A stretch of 63,660 nucleotides of DNA from Deltaproteobacteria bacterium (GCA_016875015.1 VGSJ01000006.1:1-63660); one strand, 5' to 3'; numbered from the stretch's first letter, positions 39,619 to 48,232 are shown. Numbers and translations: made by a program. Notes: generated from the sequence alone by a model not told the origin.

Positions 39619-40701
39619 ATGACGACCTATTATGAAATCCTGGAGGTTTCGCGGGAAGCAATCTTGGAGGAGATCAGAACCGCGTATCGGCGGTTGGCCC
39701 TCAAGTATCACCCGGATAGGAACCCCGGGGATAAGGTGGCGGAAGATCGATTCAGACAGATTTCCGAAGCTTACCAGGTACTGGCCGACCTGGAAAAGCG
39801 CCAGCTTTACGACCTCTACGGTGATGCCGGGCTGGTGGGCCTGGACGTAAGCGGCTTCAGCGGCTTTGAGGATATTTTCAGCTCGTTCGGGGAGGTCTTC
39901 GAAGATTTCTTCAGTTTCGGACGCTCCCGGAACGGGCCGGATCGGCCCCAGCCCGGCGCGGACCTGAGACAGCCGGTGGTGCTGACCCTGGAGGAAGCCG
40001 CGCGGGGATTGGACACCAGCCTGACCGTGGAACGCCGGGTTAACTGCCCGCAATGTGGCGGGAGCATTGCTGAGCCCGGCCGCCCGCGCCAGACTTGTTC
40101 ACGCTGCCAGGGTAAGGGACAGGTCAGTCAGTCCCAGGGGCTCCTGAAAATCTTCAACACCTGTCCGGATTGCCAGGGGGCCGGCGCCAGAATCACTTCT
40201 CCCTGCTCCGTCTGCCAGGGCGCCGGGGTCATCAAGGAAAAAAAGCAGATACAGGTGCGCATCCCGCCGGGGGTGGATACGGGCGCCCGCCTGCGCCTCC
40301 GGGGAGAAGGGGAAGCCGGGACCTACGGGGCGCCGCCGGGGGACCTCTACCTGGAAGTCTGCGTCGCCCATCATCCCACCTTCACCCGCAAGCACCAAGA
40401 TCTCTATTACCGCGCCCAAATCTCTTTCGTGGAGGCCGCGCTGGGGACGAAAGTGGAGGTTCCCACCCTGACGGCTTCAACCTGCCTGGTCATTCCCCCC
40501 GGTACCCAGCCCGGGGCCACCCTGCGGATTCCCGGCCTGGGTTTGCCCGGCCTGCGGGGCAAATCCTTGGGCGACCTGGTGGTGGTCGTGGACCTCCAAA
40601 CCCCCACCCAGCTCTCCGAGCAGCAGAAGCAACTCCTCCAGGAGTTTCTCAGACTGAAGGATACCGTGGGATTGGATGGGTTCACAGGGATGGAAGCCTG
40701 A
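39619..40701 (+). CDS. dnaJ: DnaJ-family chaperone
   Basis: J domain with HPD, four CxxCxGxG-type motifs (first degenerate) and C-terminal IPPGVDTG/GDLY/IPPGTQPG. Confidence 0.88.
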   Translation: MTTYYEILEVSREAILEEIRTAYRRLALKYHPDRNPGDKVAEDRFRQISEAYQVLADLEKRQLYDLYGDAGLVGLDVSGFSGFEDIFSSFGEVFEDFFSFGRSRNGPDRPQPGADLRQPVVLTLEEAARGLDTSLTVERRVNCPQCGGSIAEPGRPRQTCSRCQGKGQVSQSQGLLKIFNTCPDCQGAGARITSPCSVCQGAGVIKEKKQIQVRIPPGVDTGARLRLRGEGEAGTYGAPPGDLYLEVCVAHHPTFTRKHQDLYYRAQISFVEAALGTKVEVPTLTASTCLVIPPGTQPGATLRIPGLGLPGLRGKSLGDLVVVVDLQTPTQLSEQQKQLLQEFLRLKDTVGLDGFTGMEA

Positions 40702-40918
40702 AGGGGATTAGCCGGACCTGGCCGCCGCTCCCAACCCAAAGAAGTTAACCGGGTTAGCGCGCCGCTCACCGGCCGAGCCATGTGCCGATCAATGGGTGCT
40801 GTCCTAATTTGATTTTGGATTTTTGCAAGCGATTGCAAAGTTTGGATAAATTGATCTGAGAGTGGATAGGAGCAAAATGACATTTTCGTTCAAAGACTGT
40901 CATCCTCACCAAACGCCA

Positions 40919-40947
40919 TTGACAATGGACTTTGGACAGAATATAGT
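40919..40947 (+). promoter_or_regulatory. Putative sigma70 promoter P1 of the NYN islet
   Basis: TTGACA-17 nt-TATAGT; the -35 box lies in the palindrome CCATTG-A-CAATGG. Confidence 0.6.
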
Positions 40948-41013
40948 CTTTTTGGAAAAAAGAGGTATCTATATTTTTTTTTATGTTTTCTATAGCTTTT
41001 CCCGATTATTATC

Positions 41014-41042
41014 TTGACACGGTCAATCTGACCCACTACCAT
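41014..41042 (+). promoter_or_regulatory. Putative sigma70 promoter P2 of the NYN islet
   Basis: TTGACA-17 nt-TACCAT with overlapping inverted repeats TTGAC-N3-GTCAA and GGTCA-N3-TGACC. Confidence 0.65.
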
Positions 41043-41049
41043 ATAGTCA

Positions 41050-41162
41050 TTGAGACCCATCGACGGAACCCATCATCTTTTTTGGATTTGGATGTGGATT
41101 AGCTTCTGTCGATAATTGAGCCCCCAGGGAGTGATCCATTTGGACACTCCCTGTTTTGTTTT
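41050..41162 (+). ncRNA. Candidate structured leader/small RNA upstream of the NYN nuclease gene
   Basis: Two units, each TTGAGNCCC followed by a stem: ATCGACGGAA/TTCTGTCGAT (41059-41113) and CAGGGAGTG/CACTCCCTG (41125-41153), then TTTTGTTTT. Confidence 0.5.
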
Positions 41163-41179
41163 GGAAAGGTAGAGACGGA

Positions 41180-41821
41180 ATGAACCGTATAAGGATATTT
41201 GTAGATTACTGGAATTTTCAGTTGACTATGAATAAACGCGAAGCCTCAGAAAGGGGCAAAATCGACTATCGTTTTGAGGTTGATTGGCTTGGCTTAGGCC
41301 CTTGGCTTGCCCGAAAAGCCTGTGAGCGAATACAAATTACCGATTATTCGTTTGATGGAATCAATATTTACACTTCCTATAATCCAACCACTCAAGAGGG
41401 AAAAAAATTTAATCAATGGGCCAAAAATATACTCAGTAAAGGAACTGGGGTTAGCGTAGAATGCATTGAGAGGAAGCCCAAAAATTATCCAGAATGCCCA
41501 ATTTGTCATCGTGAAATTAGAAATTGCCCTCATGGTGATTGCGGTGCAGAGATGAACCGAACTATAGAAAAAGGGGTAGATACCTTAATTGCAACCGATA
41601 TGATCCGGTTGGCTTGGGAGGATGCTTACGATTTTGCTGTATTGTCCACAATGGACCGCGATTTAATCCCAGCCGTTAAGTTTTTGAAACAAAAAGGAAG
41701 AAAGATAATTCACGCAGGCTTTCCGCCCCTAGGAACTGATTTAGCCGCAGCTTGTTGGGCTTCTTTCGATGTCTATCGCTCACGGAAAGAAATAAATAGA
41801 CCTCCAAAAAAGAAGACATAG
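41180..41821 (+). CDS. NYN-domain (PIN-fold, LabA/DUF88-like) protein with a Zn-ribbon-like insertion
   Basis: IFVDYWNF, EKGVDTLIATDM, LSTMDRDLIPAV and LAAAC; insertion CPIC..CPHGDC; AT-rich codons. Confidence 0.9.
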   Translation: MNRIRIFVDYWNFQLTMNKREASERGKIDYRFEVDWLGLGPWLARKACERIQITDYSFDGINIYTSYNPTTQEGKKFNQWAKNILSKGTGVSVECIERKPKNYPECPICHREIRNCPHGDCGAEMNRTIEKGVDTLIATDMIRLAWEDAYDFAVLSTMDRDLIPAVKFLKQKGRKIIHAGFPPLGTDLAAACWASFDVYRSRKEINRPPKKKT

Positions 41822-42003
41822 GCTTAATTCAACTTCCCCACACTTTATGATCTGGTCAATGAGAAAACCTGACTTCCGGCCAGTTATCTGATATCATCCG
41901 GCTGACGAGAGAAATCCCCTGGAAGTTTAAACGGCACCAGGCGCATGATCAACTGCCGTTTCGGGGCCGGAACCGCCCCCATCCTGCATAAGTTCGCCTT
42001 ATT

Positions 42004-43317
42004 ATGATGAAAATACTATTAATCCAAGCTTCCGGCTACCGGGAAAACGGCCGCCTGGACCGGCGAAAGAACCGCTGGCTGCTGGGGATGACCCTGCCGT
42101 ATGTGGCGGCTTTGACCCCCGGCGATATTCGGGTGGAGATCAAGGACGATATGCTGGAGGAGATCACCTTCCGGGAAGACTGCGACCTGGTGGGCCTCTC
42201 CTTCATGTCCCACCAGGCCCCCCGGGCCTTTCACCTGGCCGCGGGTTTCCGCAACCGGGGCATTCCCGTGGTGATGGGCGGTTTTCACGCCACTCTGGCC
42301 CCGGAAGAATGCCAGGCGCATGCCGATGCCCTGGTGCTGGGGGAGGCCGAGGAGGCCTGGCCCAGGCTCCTCCGGGATTTCCAGGCCGGGCGGCTCCAGC
42401 CCCGCTATCAGGCGGAGAAACTTTCGGACCTGAAAAACCTGCCGGTGCCCCGCTATGACCTGCTGGATCTCAAGCGTTACAAGGTCTGGAACATCCCTTC
42501 CCAGACTACCCGGGGGTGTCCCTATAATTGCAGCTTTTGTGAAGTCACTCAGGTCTATGGGGGCAAGTTCCGGCACCGCCCCGTGGACGAAGTGATCCAC
42601 GAAATTAAGGAGATTCGGCGGTTAACCGACAGCGGTTTTATCTACTTCGTGGACGACAACTTCGTGGCCAACCGCGGCCACGCCATGGAGATTATGGAGC
42701 GCCTCATCCCCCTCAAGCTGAATTACGCCTGCCTGGCCACGGCCAACGTCGGGGACGACCCGCAGTTGCTGGACCTCCTGGCCCGCAGCGGCTGCCGCCA
42801 CGTGAACATCGGCATGGAGTCCATCAGCCCGGAAAGTCTCCGGTCCATCAACAAAAAACAGAATAAGACTACGGATTATGAACGTCAGTTTAAAGGCCTG
42901 CGGGACCGGGGCGTCGGCTTTTCGGTGAACGTCATGTTCGGGCTTGACGGCGACCGGCCGGAGATCTTCGGGGCCACGGTGGATTTCCTCAATCGCGTCA
43001 AGGCGCCGGCCGCGTTCATGTTCATCCTGGCCCCCCGCCCCGGCACCAAGGTGCAGAAGCAACTGCTCCAGGCTGGGCGGATTTTTGACCACGACTGGAG
43101 CCATTACAGCGGCTTTCAGGTGGTTTACCACCCCAAACACATGTCGGTGGGGCAACTGGAGGAGGGCTACTGGCGCGCCAACCGGAAGTTCTATTCGCCC
43201 CTGTCCATGCTGAAGCGCTTCCACCGGGCCCCCTATGACCTCAACATGCTGATTTTCAACCTCTATTTCGCCTGGGCGGTGCGCCGCCGCTTTCAACCCC
43301 TGAATTATTTTTTTTGA
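42004..43317 (+). CDS. B12-binding domain radical SAM protein
   Basis: LPYVAALTP, DLVGLS, VVMGGFHAT, GEAE, TTRGCPYNCSFC and FVDDNF. Confidence 0.9.
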   Translation: MMKILLIQASGYRENGRLDRRKNRWLLGMTLPYVAALTPGDIRVEIKDDMLEEITFREDCDLVGLSFMSHQAPRAFHLAAGFRNRGIPVVMGGFHATLAPEECQAHADALVLGEAEEAWPRLLRDFQAGRLQPRYQAEKLSDLKNLPVPRYDLLDLKRYKVWNIPSQTTRGCPYNCSFCEVTQVYGGKFRHRPVDEVIHEIKEIRRLTDSGFIYFVDDNFVANRGHAMEIMERLIPLKLNYACLATANVGDDPQLLDLLARSGCRHVNIGMESISPESLRSINKKQNKTTDYERQFKGLRDRGVGFSVNVMFGLDGDRPEIFGATVDFLNRVKAPAAFMFILAPRPGTKVQKQLLQAGRIFDHDWSHYSGFQVVYHPKHMSVGQLEEGYWRANRKFYSPLSMLKRFHRAPYDLNMLIFNLYFAWAVRRRFQPLNYFF

Positions 43318-43412
43318 GCCTGGCGGAAGAAGTCATGCCTGGGCCTTTTGCCCACCCGTAAATCATGAAATGTTCGGTGGGGCGGGCCTCCGTGCCCGCC
43401 GCGGCCATAAGG

Positions 43413-43562
43413 CGTAATTCCTAAAATTTGAGATGACTATCATCAAACCGAGAAAAGATGAGACCTGACCCTGGGGACAAAAACTTTAAAGGTCGCCAGG
43501 GTATGAGATAGAGCTAAGATATCCATATCAACCCGCGGTAATGGATTTTATAAGGGTGGATA
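43413..43562. repeat. ~150-bp repeat copy B (left TIR, begins CGTAATTCC)
   Basis: Reverse complement of copies A and C; shared blocks TCATCAAACCGAGA, GACAAAAACTTTAAA, GATATCCATATCAA and GGATTTTATAAGGGTGGATA. Confidence 0.9.
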
Positions 43563-43599
43563 GATAGCAGTTATATGTTCCGGGGGCATAGAGCAGGTC

Positions 43600-44898
43600 C
43601 TATGCCCCGCCAAATTCTAAAAATATTACCCGGCTTTTATCATCATAGCTCAACAGTTCTGCATATCGCCCCCAGTCGACCACAATCTCCAACTGGTGTT
43701 GGGCCTCTTCCGGGTGGAATTCGAGTTCCAGGGCAGCCTGCACAACCTCCCATTTTTGCTGATTTTTTTCAGAGGCGCGCAAGATGGTCGTTAACCATTT
43801 GAACAATGGCAGTCGGCGGAGGCGGGCGGCAAAAATTTCTTTGCGACCGATAATGCTGGCCTCCGCAAAAGTCTCCCCCAAGGGGGTAAGGTGTATATCC
43901 CCCTTTGCAACTGTGGCAAAACCCAATAGTTCCGCAGCCTCGATCAAACTCAAAAGCTGATCGGAACCCACCTTAATATCATCGGCTAAAGCATAAATGT
44001 CATGTCGATGGTCAGTGGCTTTTTCCAAATGCTCCATTAGACCGGGGAGATCGCTGATGGGAATTTTAGGCAGCCTGCGGGTCGGCCCCGGCTCACCGGG
44101 CGCAGTTCCAAGTTCCTCATGCTCCGGCTGGGTTTGTCCGGCCAGCAGAGCATATACCTTATCCACCACCTCTTCAAAGTCCAGGTCCTTACGATGCCGG
44201 GGATGTGAGAGGTCCACGTTGAAGTCCATAATGAGGCGGCCTGGGTCTTTTTCCATGACCACGATCCTGTCGGCCATGAACACGGCTTCCTCAATATTAT
44301 GGGTGACCATCAAAATGGCCTTGGTAGGCAGCTTGCCGCTGGTCCAGAGTTCCAGCAGCTCTCCCCGCAGGGTCTCCGCACTGAGGACGTCCAGATTAGA
44401 AAAAGGCTCATCCAGGCAGAGCAACTCCGGTTCCACGGCAATCGCCCGGGCAAAACCGACTTTCTGGCGCATGCCCCCGGAAAGCTCCCGGGGGTAGGCA
44501 TTCTCAAAACCATCCAAGCCGACCCGGTCCAAGATTTCCAAGGTCCGGCTCGCCCGCAACCGGGGAGGCAAGCCGCGGGCTTCCAAAGCCAGTTCCACGT
44601 TTTCCTGCACGGTCAGCCAGGGGAACAAGGCGAAGGTCTGGAAAACGATGGTGGCATGGGGGTTGACCCCAATAAGAGGTTGGTTGCGATATAATACCTC
44701 ACCGCTGGTGGGAGGCTGCAAGCCGGTGATAATCCGTAAAAGCGTGCTTTTGCCGCACCCTGATGGCCCCAATAAAGCGCTAAACTCACCCTCTTTCAGG
44801 GTGAGGCTGAAGTTTTTGATGGCGGTGAATGGCCGCGCCCCCGCGGCATAGACCTGATTGACGTCTTTTAGCTCAAGGAGAAAATCATTGTTGGTCAT
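43600..44898 (-). CDS. NitT/TauT-type ABC ATP-binding protein with C-terminal AAA-associated domain
   Basis: GPSGCGKS, FQTFALFPW, LSGGMRQKV and LDEPFS; C-terminal extension AAELLGF..DWGRYAEL. Confidence 0.9.
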   Translation of the reverse strand: MTNNDFLLELKDVNQVYAAGARPFTAIKNFSLTLKEGEFSALLGPSGCGKSTLLRIITGLQPPTSGEVLYRNQPLIGVNPHATIVFQTFALFPWLTVQENVELALEARGLPPRLRASRTLEILDRVGLDGFENAYPRELSGGMRQKVGFARAIAVEPELLCLDEPFSNLDVLSAETLRGELLELWTSGKLPTKAILMVTHNIEEAVFMADRIVVMEKDPGRLIMDFNVDLSHPRHRKDLDFEEVVDKVYALLAGQTQPEHEELGTAPGEPGPTRRLPKIPISDLPGLMEHLEKATDHRHDIYALADDIKVGSDQLLSLIEAAELLGFATVAKGDIHLTPLGETFAEASIIGRKEIFAARLRRLPLFKWLTTILRASEKNQQKWEVVQAALELEFHPEEAQHQLEIVVDWGRYAELLSYDDKSRVIFLEFGGA

Positions 44899-44901
44899 GG
44901 T

Positions 44902-46647
44902 TCAATCCATGTGGAATTTTTCTTCCGCCAGGCGGTAAAGTCGCCGCCATACCAGGCGGTTGATGGTGGTCACGGCCAGGATCATCCCCAGGGTGGAAGC
45001 CAGGAGAAGGGGGTAATTTCCGTTGGCGGTGGCCTGGGCGATGAGGGAACCCACGCCTACGGTAAACAAAGTCTGCCCCCCGAATTGGACGTATTCCGCC
45101 ACGATGCTGGCATTCCAAGCTCCCCCGCTGGCGGTGATGGCTCCCGTGATGACATACGGGAATAGGGCGGGTAAAATCAGGGCGCGCCAACGCCGCCAAC
45201 GGCTCAATTGCAGCAGGGAGGCGGTATATTTCAAATCCTGGGGGATAGCCGAAGCCCCGGCAATGACATTGAAAAGCAGATACCATTGGGTCCCCATGAG
45301 CATCAGCAGTACGGCGGCCAAGTTGAGTCCGGAAGGAAGCTTCAGCACTACCAGCAAGACTACCGGGAAAAGGGCGGTGGCGGGCACCGAGGCCGCGACC
45401 TGGACCACGGGTTGCAACCAGGTGGCCAGGCGGCGGTTGGTGCCGATGGCTACTCCCAAAGGGATAGTCCAGGCCAGCGCGATTAGCAGGGCTAAAAGGA
45501 CGCGCAGCAACGTGGCCAGCACTCCTACAAGAATTCGGCCCCAATCAGTCAATGAGACATTCAAGAGCAACTGCATTGCCTGGTATGCTTCATATAAAAT
45601 TATTGAAAGACCTAAAAATCCCAAACCATAAAAAAGATAGCGATAGCTCCGTTTCCCGGCAGGTGGAAGCTGACTTTCTTTGCTGCCCTGATACTTGATC
45701 AACCGGGAATCCAAGAGTCTGCTCAGAGGGTTAAAGACTCTCCGGCGAATGCGGGAAATCAGGTGAGAACTACGTATGGCCGAATAAAACCAGGACGTCG
45801 GGGGAATCTCTTCCTCTACCATTCCCAACTTGAAACGTTGACCCCAGGCCAACAGGGGCCGCCAGACCAACTGGTCTAAAACCACAATGGTGCCCACCAA
45901 AGTCGCCAGTCCCAAAGCTATGGCCTGGAGATCGCCTTCATTGGCAGCCGATTGCAAATAAGAGCCTAAGCCTTGGAGACGAAAATCTTTGTTTCCGGCG
46001 GTGAAAATCTCTGCCGCCATCAGGAAAAACCAGCCCCCGGCCCAACTCATCATGCTGTTCCAGATGAGAGAGATTGCAGCAAATGGCAATTCTAACCTCT
46101 TGAAGCGCAGCCAAAAGTTGAGCCGGAAAATCGAGGAGGCTTCCTTTAAATCATTAGGGATGGTGGTCAGGGATTGATACCAGGCAAAGGTAAAGTTCCA
46201 TGCCTGGCTGGTAAATATCAAGACGATGGCAGAGAGTTCCACCGCCAATTTCTGGGGAAGGACGGCACTCAGTCCTAACAGGACTACCGGTAAGAACGAA
46301 AGGATGGGCACGCTTTGCAGGACATCGAGGAGGGGAAGCAAGATTTTTTCGGCTGTTTGATACCTGGCCGCCATGTAGCCGTAGACCAGGGAAAAAATAA
46401 CGGAGAGGACATAGGCTGCGGCCATGCGCCCCAAGGACAAACATAGGTAATAGGGCAAGACCTTTGGGGAAAGATTGACCTCTGGGCCGCTGACCACTTC
46501 CGGGGCACCCATGGCCAGGCGGACCCCCATGTATATAAGGCCCCCGACACCCAGCAAAACCACTCCATCTCCCCAGGTGAAAGGGCGGAGGGTATGGAGA
46601 AGCCTGAATTCTCGGCTGGTTCGTTTCAATTTGTCTCCAAAAACCAA
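44902..46647 (-). CDS. NitT/TauT-type ABC permease with duplicated TM domain
   Basis: LDVLQSVPILSF, WNSMMSWAGGWFFLMAAE, QWYLLFNVIAG and GGAWNASIVAEY; start uncertain. Confidence 0.9.
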   Translation of the reverse strand: MVFGDKLKRTSREFRLLHTLRPFTWGDGVVLLGVGGLIYMGVRLAMGAPEVVSGPEVNLSPKVLPYYLCLSLGRMAAAYVLSVIFSLVYGYMAARYQTAEKILLPLLDVLQSVPILSFLPVVLLGLSAVLPQKLAVELSAIVLIFTSQAWNFTFAWYQSLTTIPNDLKEASSIFRLNFWLRFKRLELPFAAISLIWNSMMSWAGGWFFLMAAEIFTAGNKDFRLQGLGSYLQSAANEGDLQAIALGLATLVGTIVVLDQLVWRPLLAWGQRFKLGMVEEEIPPTSWFYSAIRSSHLISRIRRRVFNPLSRLLDSRLIKYQGSKESQLPPAGKRSYRYLFYGLGFLGLSIILYEAYQAMQLLLNVSLTDWGRILVGVLATLLRVLLALLIALAWTIPLGVAIGTNRRLATWLQPVVQVAASVPATALFPVVLLVVLKLPSGLNLAAVLLMLMGTQWYLLFNVIAGASAIPQDLKYTASLLQLSRWRRWRALILPALFPYVITGAITASGGAWNASIVAEYVQFGGQTLFTVGVGSLIAQATANGNYPLLLASTLGMILAVTTINRLVWRRLYRLAEEKFHMD

Positions 46648-46883
46648 GGTTTGAACCTATTGTTAACTTAGTAAGTCGATGTGAGAAAGATGACAAGCCA
46701 GATTTTAACAAATGGTCTGAAGCATAGCAATGAAGCCAAAGAAATCCCGCCTGGCTGCGAAGGAACTCGGAACCATGACCATGATGATTGCTCCTGAAAG
46801 CCCGCGGGTGAACCATTAAGGGAAGAAACATATAGAATTCAAGTTGCAGGCCATCCATTACTGATGGCGGATAAACTTGCCTT

Positions 46884-47033
46884 TATCCACCCTTATAAAA
46901 TCCATCAAAGTGGTTTGATATGGATATCATAGCTGTATCTAAGACCCTGGCGACATTTAAAGTTTTTGTCGTAAGTGTCGAGTCTAATTTGATCTCGGTT
47001 TGATGATTGTCCGCTCAAATCTTGGTCATTACA
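46884..47033. repeat. ~150-bp repeat copy C (right TIR, ends ...GGTCATTACA)
   Basis: Direct-orientation match to 5615-5765 and inverted match to 43413-43562. Confidence 0.9.
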
Positions 47034-47058
47034 GTCTAAGCAGCAGCGGCGCGGTCAC
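47034..47058 (-). pseudogene. 5' stub of a vapC-like PIN toxin, cut at the TIR
   Basis: GTG 3 nt after the restored antitoxin stop, reading MTAPLLL(R), like a PIN first strand 'LLLD', then running into TGTAATG of the TIR. Confidence 0.5.
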
Positions 47059-47061
47059 GGC

Positions 47062-47309
47062 TCACGCCTCGCGGCCGGACAGGCGGTCCAGTTCACGCCG
47101 CAAGGTCTTGAAGTCGGGCAGATCCGCCCTCCCCTGCCACATGCCCCTGGCATTTGCAGCCGCGCCCGGCGCTCTCCAGGCTGAAATCCTTCAATCAGGC
47201 GGTCGATGGCCTGGCGGATTAATTCGCTTTGCTTCTTGCCGGTCTGCCGGGCAATGGCCCTAAGGGCGGCGCGTTCGGCTTCGGTCAGATAAATCTGGGT
47301 CCTGACCAT
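47062..47309 (-). pseudogene. Frameshifted CopG/RHH (VapB-like) antitoxin
   Basis: MVRTQIYLTE..SELIRQAID; adding one base at ~47153-47155 restores ARGMWQGRADLPDFKTLRRELDR ending at stop 47062. Confidence 0.75.
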
Positions 47310-47488
47310 GGGGACCATCCCTTTACCATGATGTATATGTGTGGTGTATAATTATGGCTAATTGCCCCGGCCTTGTAAGGCCCCTTACCTGCCCTGCCCA
47401 TCAGTTCTGCTTCCTTCATGACGTTGCCTCGCTTTCTTAAACCGCCGTCAGGTCAGTTCCCTCAGCGGCAACCGCTGCCAACCAACCC

Positions 47489-48232
47489 TCAGGGCAGGCT
47501 CAGCATCCTCAGATAAACAGTGCTAAACGCCGCCGGTTTGACGGTAATCAAACCGGAAAACGGCGTGTCGAGATCAAAAATGAAATAGATGCAGGCCAAT
47601 ACCAGGAAAATAACCATGAATTCATGGATAAGCGACACCACGGTGGGCTCGCGATTGATGAAATACAAGCCGTAAACCACTGATACAAACCCGAATATGA
47701 GGATCGCCCAGACCGGCGGGTAGAGATTGCCTTGCAGAATGTTGGCCCGGGAGGAGCGCTGCCTCCCGGCTTCGGTGAGATTGGTGTAAAGTTCGCTGCT
47801 CCTGCTGGGATCATCTTTGAGTTCATAGATTCTGGCCCAGATGTCGTCGAACCGCCGGCCGGCTTCCGGGCTCATAGCGTTTTTTTCCATCTCTGCCCAT
47901 TCAACGTCGATTACCGTCTTCACATAATTTGTCACCGCCCGGCGAAAGTCTTCTGAGCCAGGCAGGTGCTTGGCGGTGCGATAGACCACCATCAATGATT
48001 CGGCTTCCCGGGTAACGTTGGTCTTGGCGGTCAAAAACGCCGTCCACAGGGTCACCATGGCAAAGCCGATAAAAAAGGCATAGAGGGTGGTGAAAAAATT
48101 GAAAATCGGAGACTGAATATGCTCCTGATCGCGCCAACGGCCTTTACCACTCCGGCGAATCAGCAGCAAAGATCCTGAAATCACCACACTGATCAGCGTT
48201 ATCAAGGAAAACAGTATTAAGAACGGGTTCAC
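47489..48232 (-). CDS. DUF4239-like membrane protein
   Basis: TLYAFFIGF, EW..M and IFDLDTPFSG motifs; four TM segments. Confidence 0.75.
   Translation of the reverse strand: MNPFLILFSLITLISVVISGSLLLIRRSGKGRWRDQEHIQSPIFNFFTTLYAFFIGFAMVTLWTAFLTAKTNVTREAESLMVVYRTAKHLPGSEDFRRAVTNYVKTVIDVEWAEMEKNAMSPEAGRRFDDIWARIYELKDDPSRSSELYTNLTEAGRQRSSRANILQGNLYPPVWAILIFGFVSVVYGLYFINREPTVVSLIHEFMVIFLVLACIYFIFDLDTPFSGLITVKPAAFSTVYLRMLSLP

Larger units (their letters stand above)
43413..47033. mobile_element. Putative non-autonomous cargo transposon bounded by 150-bp imperfect terminal inverted repeats
   Basis: 43413-43562 and the reverse complement of 46884-47033 align without gaps (28 mismatches in 150 nt by hand count). 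The interior is AT-richer than its flanks and has no transposase. Confidence 0.7.

Noticed and set aside
40877-41017. 46-codon ORF with AGGAG RBS upstream of the NYN gene (possible small antitoxin)
   Set aside because: It overlaps both promoters and a poly-T tract and has no recognisable motif; probably chance, though not excluded.
46650-46883. Riboswitch (e.g. fluoride) in the leader of the ABC permease
   Set aside because: Only a short GCCATC/GATGGC hairpin is present, and I could not match any consensus.
43400-47045. Target-site duplication flanking the TIR element
   Set aside because: The flanks (GCCATAAGG and GTCTAAGCA) share no direct repeat abutting both ends.
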